NCBI GenBank assembly: GCA_964641275.1 | Contig: CAZXMG010000029.1 | Location: 13,289 to 45,288, forward strand | Direction of reading: 5' to 3' | Length of the DNA stretch: 32,000 nucleotides | DNA from: an uncultured Polyangiaceae bacterium | GTDB lineage: Bacteria; Myxococcota_A; Polyangia; Polyangiales; Polyangiaceae | Shown here: positions 25,032 to 32,000 of the stretch, piece by piece | How positions within the stretch are numbered: position 1 is the first letter of the stretch | Layout: each line of letters starts with the position of its first letter | Program-made: the position numbers and the translations under genes | Notes under the pieces: model-generated | The model's database searches: none | Told to the model about the DNA's origin: nothing | Seen by the model: only the letters and a program-made list of their open reading frames with translations

Positions 25032-26402
25032 ATGCGCGGCATGCGCTCCCACAAGCTCGCCCGCTGGCTCGCGTTCACCTCGTTGCCGCTCCTGACCGTG
25101 GCCGCCCCCAACGCCGCGGCTGCGCTCACGGTGACTCCCACGGACGCCGCAACCACGCTGGCCAGTGCGCTGGTGGCCCACCCGCACGCCACCGTCTCCG
25201 GCTCGGACTTCTCGGGGCACCACGCGGCCGCGGGCACCTTCGACGAAGGTCCACTGGGCCTGAGCTCGGGGGTCGTGCTCACCACCGGGCTGGCGGTCTC
25301 CGCTCTCCCACCCAGTGACAGCGATGCGACCTCGTCCGATCATGGGAGCAGCGGCGCAGGTGTGTGCGAAGCGCTGCTGGGCGGTCAGGGCTTCGATCCG
25401 GTCTCGTTCCGCGTGGAGCTTGCGGCTCCAACTCCCTACGACGGCATCGCGGTGCCGCTCGTGTTCGGCAGCGACGAGTACCCAGCCTCTCTGGGGCGGC
25501 TGCCCAACGATCGCGGCGCGCTGTACTTGAACGGGCAGGAGCTCGCAGTCTGGGACGCCGCAGACTTTTCGACCGGGAGCGTGTACGGCGGCGACACCGA
25601 GCTCGAGTACGACGCAGCGCTGAGCCAGGTCGTGTACGCGACGCTGGAGTCGGGGGTCAACGTGCTCGAGGTGGTGCTGTGTGACGGAGGCGATGGCGCG
25701 ATCGACTCCGCGCTCTTCGTCGGGCAGCTCTCGCTGTGCTTCGACGGCGTGTGCGGAGTGGCCGAGCTGTGCGACATGATCGACGCGGATGCGGACGGTG
25801 ATCTCGCCTGCACCGACTGCGACGACTTCGATCCGTTACGTTCGTCGCTCGTGGCCGAGCAGTGCAACGACATCGATGACGACTGTGACGGCGAGTTGGA
25901 TGAAGGCTTCTTGGTCGGCGAGGCGTGCAGCGCCGGGTTGGGCGCCTGCGCCGCGAGCGGCGTCGTGGTCTGTGACGCCGGCGGAGCGGTGTGCGACGCG
26001 ATCGTGGGCGCGCCTCAAGCGGAGCAGTGCGGCGACGATGTCGACTCGGACTGCGATGGCCTCAGCGATCCCGCAGAAGGTTGCACCGGTGCAGGCGGCG
26101 GGTCGGTGGGCGGTGCCGGGCAGGGGCAAGGAGGAGAGCCCTCGTCTGGCGGCGCAGGTGTGGGCGCGGGGTCTGCAGGTGGCACGGGCAGCGGCGCCGC
26201 GGGAGACGGCGGTGGAGTGGTCGAAGCAGGGGGAGCAGCCGGTGAAGACGCGGTCCCAGCCTGGGTCGACCCTGGGCCCAAGGGCTGTGTGTTCTGCGAG
26301 ACGTCAGGCCAGCGTTCGACCGAGGAAGGCGCCGTCTCCGTGGTGGCGCTGCTCTTGATCGGGTTGTGGCGTCGTCGCGGCAACCTGGCGCTCCCTCGCT
26401 GA
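25032..26402 (+). CDS. Secreted choice-of-anchor-L domain protein with MopE-like Cys/Asp repeats and a MYXO-CTERM-type sorting tail
   Basis: Signal peptide MRGMRSHKLARWLAFTSLPLLTVAAPNAAAA. N-terminal domain: DAATTLASALV...VSGSDFSG...AAGTFDEGPLGLSSGVVLTTG. Repeats: DCDDFDP...EQCNDIDDDCDGELDEG and EQCGDDVDSDCDG (nt ~25769..26090). Gly-rich linker. The C-terminus GCVFCETSG...VVALLLIGLWRRRG (nt ~26274..26399) looks like MYXO-CTERM. Confidence 0.8.
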   Translation: MRGMRSHKLARWLAFTSLPLLTVAAPNAAAALTVTPTDAATTLASALVAHPHATVSGSDFSGHHAAAGTFDEGPLGLSSGVVLTTGLAVSALPPSDSDATSSDHGSSGAGVCEALLGGQGFDPVSFRVELAAPTPYDGIAVPLVFGSDEYPASLGRLPNDRGALYLNGQELAVWDAADFSTGSVYGGDTELEYDAALSQVVYATLESGVNVLEVVLCDGGDGAIDSALFVGQLSLCFDGVCGVAELCDMIDADADGDLACTDCDDFDPLRSSLVAEQCNDIDDDCDGELDEGFLVGEACSAGLGACAASGVVVCDAGGAVCDAIVGAPQAEQCGDDVDSDCDGLSDPAEGCTGAGGGSVGGAGQGQGGEPSSGGAGVGAGSAGGTGSGAAGDGGGVVEAGGAAGEDAVPAWVDPGPKGCVFCETSGQRSTEEGAVSVVALLLIGLWRRRGNLALPR

Positions 26403-26459
26403 GCTCGGCTCGCACCGATTGGGGCCCCCACCGGCCGCGACCTTCGCTATAGCGCATGG

Positions 26460-27992
26460 GTGGCGCTCGAGAAGCGATACGCCTCGCCGGCACTGATGGC
26501 GTCTGTGTTCGTGATCGCGACCAGCGGTCTCGTCTACCAGCTCGTCGCCGGTACGCTGGCTAGCTACGTGCTGGGCGACAGCGTCGCGCAGTTCAGCTTC
26601 GTGATCGGTCTGTACCTGTTCGCGATGGGGATCGGCTCGTACCTGTCCAAGCTGATCGAGCGCGATCTGTTGGTACGGTTCGTCGAGATCGAGCTGGCGC
26701 TGGCGCTCGCGGGCGGGTTGTCTGCGCCCATCCTGTTCCGCGTGTACACGTCGTTCGGTGCCTTCCGCGCAGCGCTGTATGGCCTCGTGGTGGTGATCGG
26801 CACCCTGGTCGGCCTGGAGATCCCGCTGCTCCTTCGGCTGCTCAAGTTCAACTTGGATCTCAAGGACCTGGTCGCGCGCGTGCTGACGCTCGACTACATC
26901 GGCGCGCTGGTCGGCAGCGTGCTGTTTCCAGCGGTGCTGTTGCCGCGCTTCGGCATCCACCAGACCAGCCTGTTGTTCGGCGCGATGAACGCGGTCGTCG
27001 CGCTGGTCGGGACCTTCCTCTTTCCGCTGGATCGCGCGGTGGTGCTGCGTCTCCGTGCTGCCAGCGTGTTCGTGATCATCGCGCTCGGCTTCGTGGGGCT
27101 GTGGATCGGCGACGTCATCAAGGCCTCCGAGACGTTGTACTTCGGCTCGCCGATCGTGCACGTCAGCCAGTCGCCGTATCAGCGGGTGGTGATCACGCAG
27201 TCCAAGCGCACCACGCGCCTGTTCCTCAACGGCAACCTGCAGTTCAGCTCCGACGACGAGTACCGGTACCACGAGGCGCTCGTCCACCCTGCGGTCGCTG
27301 CGTTGGGGCGCACCCCTCGCCGGGTGTTGGTGCTCGGCGGTGGTGACGGGCTCGCCGTGCGAGAGCTCTTGCGCTATCCGGAGGTGGAGACGATCCACGT
27401 GATCGACCTGGACGCGGCCGTGACGGATCTGTTCCAAAAGAATCCGCTCGGTCGGGGCCTCAACGGCGACGTGCTCAACGACCCGCGCGTCAAGATCGAG
27501 AACCAAGATGCCTTCCGCTTCTTGGAGGAGTCGACCGAGCCGGCCTTCGACTTGGCCATCGTGGACTTCCCCGATCCCTCGAACTACTCCGTGGGAAAGC
27601 TGTACACCGACGCGTTCTATGCCATGTTGCGAGAGCGTCTCTCGACGCGAGGCTTGGCCGTGGTGCAATCGACCTCTCCGGGCTACGCCCGCAAGACCTT
27701 CTGGTCCATCGTGACCACGATCGAAGCCGCCGGCTTCGTGGCCTTGCCCTACCACGCGTACGTGCCGAGCTTCGGCGATTGGGGCTTCGTGCTCGCGGGG
27801 GGGCCGGGCCTACAGCAACCCTCGGCTCTCAGACTGCCGAGCGGGACGTTGCGCTTCCTGGACGACGTCACGCTCGGTCCGCTGTTCTCGTTCCCCCCGG
27901 ACACGGCGCGGGTCCCCGCGGACGTCAACCGCCTCAACGACCAAAAGTTGGTCAGCCTGTACACCTCGGAGTGGGGTGAGTGGAGCAGGTGA
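26460..27992 (+). CDS. speE: Membrane-anchored polyamine aminopropyltransferase (spermidine/spermine synthase-like)
   Basis: GTG start. The N-terminal ~200 aa forms about 7 hydrophobic helices. The C-terminal domain has YHEALVHP, VLVLGGGDGLAVRE, IDLD, IVDFPDPS and VVQSTSP. Confidence 0.9.
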   Translation: MALEKRYASPALMASVFVIATSGLVYQLVAGTLASYVLGDSVAQFSFVIGLYLFAMGIGSYLSKLIERDLLVRFVEIELALALAGGLSAPILFRVYTSFGAFRAALYGLVVVIGTLVGLEIPLLLRLLKFNLDLKDLVARVLTLDYIGALVGSVLFPAVLLPRFGIHQTSLLFGAMNAVVALVGTFLFPLDRAVVLRLRAASVFVIIALGFVGLWIGDVIKASETLYFGSPIVHVSQSPYQRVVITQSKRTTRLFLNGNLQFSSDDEYRYHEALVHPAVAALGRTPRRVLVLGGGDGLAVRELLRYPEVETIHVIDLDAAVTDLFQKNPLGRGLNGDVLNDPRVKIENQDAFRFLEESTEPAFDLAIVDFPDPSNYSVGKLYTDAFYAMLRERLSTRGLAVVQSTSPGYARKTFWSIVTTIEAAGFVALPYHAYVPSFGDWGFVLAGGPGLQQPSALRLPSGTLRFLDDVTLGPLFSFPPDTARVPADVNRLNDQKLVSLYTSEWGEWSR

Positions 27993-28026
27993 GGAACAAC
28001 CGGCCGGATCCATGTAGGATGCCGTC

Positions 28027-29511
28027 GTGACTGCGGGGTCCCCGTTCGATCGTCAGGCGCCGTGCCCGAACTGCGGCGCGCCGATGACGTTCAAGTTTGC
28101 CGGCGCGCGCGCGCAGGTCTGCAAGTACTGCAAGTTCCTGGTTGCCCGCACCGACCGTGGCTTGGTGCGCATGGGTCAGGTGGCAGATCTGGCCGAGATC
28201 CCTTCGCCGTTGGCCATGGGTGTCACGGGCACCTGGGAGCGGCGCCGCTTCGAGGTCGACGGCCGCGTACAGCTCGACCGCGTCGCGGCGGCCTCGGCAC
28301 CTTGGCAGGAATTTTTCCTGCGCATGTTGGACAACGACGACGGCGTCTGGATCGCCTTCGCCCAAGGCCGTTGGTACTGGACCAAAGAGGTCCAGCCCAC
28401 GCCGCCGCTGCCGCCGCTCGGCACGCTCAGGCCGGGGGTCCCGATCCAGCTGCCCCACGCCGGTCAGGTCACCATCGCAGAGGTCGGTCGGCGCCGGGTG
28501 ACCTCGCTCGAAGGCGAGCTGCCCAAGGTGGCGTTGCCTGAGGCGGTCACGCCCTACGCAGACTTCGGCGGGCCAGGCGGGGTGTTCGGAACCCTCGACT
28601 ACGGCGACGGCCAGTCCATCCCGCCAACGTTGTACCTCGGTCGCCAGTTCGACCCAGCGACCTTCAAGCTCGACTCGGGTCAGCAGCTCGACGCGCCTCA
28701 AGCCGAGGTCAGCGCGTGCACCTGCCCCAACTGCGGCGGCAGCCTCCCGCTGGTCGCGCCGGGCACGACCGAGCGAATCGTCTGCAAGTACTGTGGCACC
28801 GTCAGCGACGTGAAGAGCGGCGGCGCGCTCTCGGCCTTGGGCCAAGCGCCACGCCCGCCCATGGAGCCGTTCATCCCACTCGGCGCCGAGGGCGAGCTGC
28901 GCGGCCGCAAGGTGATCATGATCGGCTTCGTGATCCGCGGCACCTGGGTCGAGGGCGGTCACTACACCTGGCGGGAGTACTTGCTCTATGCCGGCCCCAG
29001 CGAGGGCTACATCTGGCTGACCGAAGAGGACAACCACTGGCAGCTGGTCACGCCCATCCCGCCGGGCGAAGCGCAGATCGCGGGCAACCTGCACTACGCC
29101 GGCAAGCAGTACACGTTCAAACAGTCGGTGCAGGCCGCCGTCGAGTACGTGGTCGGCGAGTTCTATTGGAAGGTGGCGGTCGGCGAGAGCGTCGAGGCGA
29201 TCGAGTTCAAGGGTCCCGACGGCAACGTCTCCGTCGAGAAGGATCAGAACGAGGTCAACATGTCGTTCTGTCAGGAGATCAACCCGCAAGAGATCGGCCA
29301 CGCCTTCAAGATCGCTCCGCCGCCGAGCGCCTCCATGTTCTCCGAGGTGGGGGAGGGGGGCGCCCCGAGCAGCACCGTTCGCACCCTGATCTGGGTGGCG
29401 ATCATCATCGTGATCATCCTGTTCCTGGTCGCCGCCGACTGCGGCAGCGGCAGCTCGAGCGGTGGATCGAGCGGGGGCGTGTACGTGAGCCCAGGCTTCG
29501 GCGGCAAGTAG
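28027..29511 (+). CDS. DUF4178-like protein: two zinc-ribbon plus beta-domain repeats and a C-terminal TM helix with a Gly/Ser tail
   Basis: GTG 28027 is preceded by taggatg, an AGGA about 8 nt upstream. Ribbon 1 is CPNCG...CKYC (28063..28131); ribbon 2 is CPNCG...CKYC (28723..28793). The second repeat carries the W.EY.L......WL signature (YTWREYLLYAGPSEGYIWLTEEDNHWQL). TM segment LIWVAIIIVIILFLVAA is followed by GSGSSSGGSSGG. Confidence 0.8.
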   Translation: MTAGSPFDRQAPCPNCGAPMTFKFAGARAQVCKYCKFLVARTDRGLVRMGQVADLAEIPSPLAMGVTGTWERRRFEVDGRVQLDRVAAASAPWQEFFLRMLDNDDGVWIAFAQGRWYWTKEVQPTPPLPPLGTLRPGVPIQLPHAGQVTIAEVGRRRVTSLEGELPKVALPEAVTPYADFGGPGGVFGTLDYGDGQSIPPTLYLGRQFDPATFKLDSGQQLDAPQAEVSACTCPNCGGSLPLVAPGTTERIVCKYCGTVSDVKSGGALSALGQAPRPPMEPFIPLGAEGELRGRKVIMIGFVIRGTWVEGGHYTWREYLLYAGPSEGYIWLTEEDNHWQLVTPIPPGEAQIAGNLHYAGKQYTFKQSVQAAVEYVVGEFYWKVAVGESVEAIEFKGPDGNVSVEKDQNEVNMSFCQEINPQEIGHAFKIAPPPSASMFSEVGEGGAPSSTVRTLIWVAIIIVIILFLVAADCGSGSSSGGSSGGVYVSPGFGGK

Positions 29512-29520
29512 GCGTTCGGC

Positions 29521-31410
29521 TCAACCGGCCACCACGTCGCGTTTGCGAGGCTTGAGCATCCCAGAACGGAATAGCGCGATCACCGTTCCGATCAGCACCA
29601 CGTTGGTCACGCCGGCGATCAGCTCTCCGTGACTCGGCGCTGTCAACGCAGCGGCGGCGCCAACCCCGGTGATCGCGGCGCACAGTCCGAGCCAGGGTCG
29701 CGCCATGATGGCGATCACGGCGAACGTTCCGCTCAGCACCACGTTCGAGATCGCGTACGCGACGTCGGCGCCAACGCCCGCCCTGTACAACACCGCGACG
29801 GCGAACGTCGCCGCACACAGCTGCGCGACGACCGCGAACGCGATGCGACCGGTGATCGTGTTGGTGATCACGTGTTTACGGAAGACCAACACCAGCACGA
29901 CCACGGCGCTGGTGACGAATGCGTCGCCGAGCAGAACGTCGCGTGTTGGCACCACCGCCTCCGTTCCGCCGTAGACGATCCAGCTGATGGTGCCGCCGAC
30001 CAGGATCGTCAGCGCGATCCAGGTGAACCCCCACGCTCCGGAGCTGGGGTCCATCTCGCGCTGCAGCGCGATCACGCCCTCGGCTCGTCGCTCGTTGTCG
30101 CTCACGAGCCGCTCCAAGTCTGCCACCCGCGCCTCCAGATCGGGCGGTGGGTCGGGGATCTGCTGGAGCAACGCGCGCGCTGCCGCTGGGCTCTTCTGCC
30201 CCAGCTCCCGCTCGAGGTCGAGCAACAGGACACGCCGCGCGCCACGCTCCACCAGCGGATTGTCCGACCACTGCTGCTTGGCCAGGGCAAACGCGAAGCG
30301 GGCTTCGGCTAGGCGGCTCGCGGCATCCGCGGACAACAGCGCGACGAGCCCCGCTTCCACTTGCGACAAGCTGGCCTCGGCGGATCGCGCGAGCGCAACG
30401 CTACCCTTGTGCCGCAGGTGCTCTCGCAGTCGCTTGCGGAAGCTCACCACGCCGTCGAGCCGTTCGCGGGGCTCGCGCCGCGTGGCGAGGTTGCACAGCG
30501 CCGCAAGATCGCTCGGCACCTCCGGCGGGTAGGCCACGGGCTCCGAGGCGACGGCCGCGAGCAGCACCTCCAGCACGCCTCGGCCGGAGTGGCGAGGGGC
30601 GCCCGTCAAGAGCTCGTGCAGCGTTGCCCCCAGCAGGTACACGTCCGTCAGCTCGCTGAGCAGCTCCGGCCGCCCGTCCACCATCTCCGGCGCCATGTAC
30701 TGCGGAGTGCCCACCAAGTTGGGCTCGCCGGGCCTGGCCGGCAACCGCGCCGCGATGCCCCAATCGAGCAGGTACACAGCGCCGTACGAGCCGACCATGA
30801 TGTTGTCGGGCTTGATGTCGCGATGGATGATGCCCGACGCGTGGGCCAGCTCCAGCGCATCGCACACTTGGAGCAACACCTCGACGAACGTGCCGGTGCG
30901 GTCACCGTGTGTTTCGAGCAGGCTCGCCCAGGCGCTGTGCTGCGCGTCGTCGAGCAACGCGCGCAGGGTCGTGCCCTGGACTCGCTTCATCACCAACACT
31001 GCGCGCCCCGCCTCGTCCAGGCCCAACGCGTGGATGGGCACCACGTTCGGGTGTTCGAGCGCCCCCATGATCCTCGCCTCGTGGAGCAGGGCCTGCTGGG
31101 CGTCGCTCTCGCTGCCCAAGTGCGCGACCTTCACGGCGACCTCGCGCGAAAGCGAGTGCTGCTCCGCCAGGTGCACCACGCCCATACCACCCGTTCCCAG
31201 CGTGGAGAGCAGCCGGATCTCGCCGTCCCGCGCCCCCGCTCCGTCGGCCGTCGCGAGCGCGATCTGGGGGAGCGTACTCGTGGTGCCCCCGTCCTCGTGC
31301 ATCGGTCGGGTGCCGCCAAACCCGCGCAACGTCATGCCAGCGTGGAGCCCAGGCAGCGTCGGCATGCTTGCCCAGGTGGAAACATCGATCTCGCCCAAGC
31401 GCTCGCGCAT
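29521..31410 (-). CDS. Hanks-type Ser/Thr protein kinase fused to a C-terminal polytopic membrane domain
   Basis: GTGGMGVVH, VAVK, HRDIKPDN, DWG (a DFG variant), GTPQYMAPE. A helical linker is followed by about 6 hydrophobic helices. ATG 31410 preferred; the track start 31542 would overlap the upstream hydrolase gene by 76 nt. Confidence 0.85.
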   Translation of the reverse strand: MRERLGEIDVSTWASMPTLPGLHAGMTLRGFGGTRPMHEDGGTTSTLPQIALATADGAGARDGEIRLLSTLGTGGMGVVHLAEQHSLSREVAVKVAHLGSESDAQQALLHEARIMGALEHPNVVPIHALGLDEAGRAVLVMKRVQGTTLRALLDDAQHSAWASLLETHGDRTGTFVEVLLQVCDALELAHASGIIHRDIKPDNIMVGSYGAVYLLDWGIAARLPARPGEPNLVGTPQYMAPEMVDGRPELLSELTDVYLLGATLHELLTGAPRHSGRGVLEVLLAAVASEPVAYPPEVPSDLAALCNLATRREPRERLDGVVSFRKRLREHLRHKGSVALARSAEASLSQVEAGLVALLSADAASRLAEARFAFALAKQQWSDNPLVERGARRVLLLDLERELGQKSPAAARALLQQIPDPPPDLEARVADLERLVSDNERRAEGVIALQREMDPSSGAWGFTWIALTILVGGTISWIVYGGTEAVVPTRDVLLGDAFVTSAVVVLVLVFRKHVITNTITGRIAFAVVAQLCAATFAVAVLYRAGVGADVAYAISNVVLSGTFAVIAIMARPWLGLCAAITGVGAAAALTAPSHGELIAGVTNVVLIGTVIALFRSGMLKPRKRDVVAG

Positions 31411-31466
31411 AGGACGCTGAAGATAGAGGAGCCGAAGAAACGCGTCGCGCGTGCCGAGCGGATCGG

Positions 31467-32000
31467 TCAGCCCCGCTGGCGCAGCCAGCTCGCGATCCGC
31501 TCGAGTACGGCCGGTGCCATCGTCGTCTCGATCGATGTCCACTCCTGCATGGTGCCGAGAGTGGCCGGCTGAAACAGGTGGTTCAAGCCGACCAGCACCT
31601 CCGTGGTCACGTCGGGGTTCCTGCCTCGGTCGAGCGCAGCGCGGATGGCGGCGATGTTCTCCTCACCTGGCACCTGGAGGTCCACCGTGCCCCCGAGCGC
31701 CAGCACGGGGCAACGCACCTCTTCGAGAGCCCGCGCGGGCTCCGATCGGATGACGTCGCGCATGGCTGGTGACGCCACCTGCAACATCGCGGCGTCGACC
31801 ATCGCGCTGCGCTGCAGCCAGCCCGGGCGCGCGCTCGGGGTGAGCCCGATGATCGCGTCGACGTGCTCCTCCACCAGCTTGCGCAGCGCCCGGTCGTCCG
31901 CGCCGGCCAACACCGCTTCGAGCACCCGCTTCTGGCCGCTGTTGCCCAGCGCGAGGCGCTCGGCCGACACGTTCTGGGCCCGCAAGGTCTGGTCCATCTG
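31467..32000 (-). CDS. Alpha/beta hydrolase, C-terminal part (gene continues beyond the right edge)
   Basis: CPVLALGGTVDLQVP and the catalytic-His region VGLNHLF near the C-terminus are typical of alpha/beta hydrolases. 176 aa is too short for the fold, so the ATG at 31997 is probably internal. Confidence 0.7.
   Translation of the reverse strand, partial: QMDQTLRAQNVSAERLALGNSGQKRVLEAVLAGADDRALRKLVEEHVDAIIGLTPSARPGWLQRSAMVDAAMLQVASPAMRDVIRSEPARALEEVRCPVLALGGTVDLQVPGEENIAAIRAALDRGRNPDVTTEVLVGLNHLFQPATLGTMQEWTSIETTMAPAVLERIASWLRQRG

Noticed and set aside
26445-26454. Palindrome CGCTATAGCG just upstream of the speE-like start as a specific regulatory motif shared with 10084..10093
   Set aside because: Only the CTATAG core is shared. 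Two occurrences in 32 kb are about the chance expectation for this base composition. It is kept only as a note inside another finding.
26304-29301. Long minus-strand ORFs 26304..27755 and 27952..29301
   Set aside because: They are antisense to the speE-like and DUF4178 genes, have no motifs and are His/Arg/Asp/Glu-rich junk.
30361-31572. 403-aa plus ORF
   Set aside because: It is antisense to the membrane Ser/Thr kinase, whose catalytic motifs are unambiguous.
1-32000. Search for mobile elements, prophage, defence islands, CRISPR, tRNA or rRNA
   Set aside because: I found no transposase, integrase or recombinase motifs, no terminal inverted repeats flanking a compositional shift, no regularly spaced repeats, and no non-coding gap longer than about 170 bp that could hold an RNA gene. 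Composition is uniform across the window.

Overview
Very GC-rich, gene-dense chromosomal segment: about 31 protein-coding genes, roughly 95% coding by my calls. I found no rRNA, tRNA, CRISPR array, transposase, integrase or phage gene. The protein content points to Myxococcota. It includes a MYXO-CTERM-type sorting tail, two Hanks-type Ser/Thr kinases plus a PP2C phosphatase, about ten lipobox lipoproteins, and fibro-slime and choice-of-anchor-L domains. Housekeeping genes (aspartate kinase, NAD-type isocitrate dehydrogenase, peptide deformylase) are interleaved with accessory-looking modules. Most long ORFs in the supplied track are antisense or off-frame artefacts of the high GC content. I chose between them using recognisable family motifs, G/C richness at third codon positions, signal peptides and start/stop overlaps. 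Observations worth a second look: (1) a full-length eukaryote-type sterol C-24 methyltransferase (ERG6/SMT-like) at 21947-22948, co-directional with lysC and a bifunctional aldolase/SDR; (2) a membrane-anchored polyamine aminopropyltransferase followed by a duplicated zinc-ribbon/DUF4178 membrane protein (26460-29511); (3) a 91-aa ORF carrying the GyrA N-terminal LPDVRDGL signature, overlapping the end of def where fmt normally sits (16268-16543); (4) a fibro-slime-domain lipoprotein gene broken by one in-frame TAG (17972-17974); (5) several two-gene modules joined by 4-nt GTGA/ATGA/TTGA start-stop overlaps. All family assignments come from reading motifs by eye. No database search was run.
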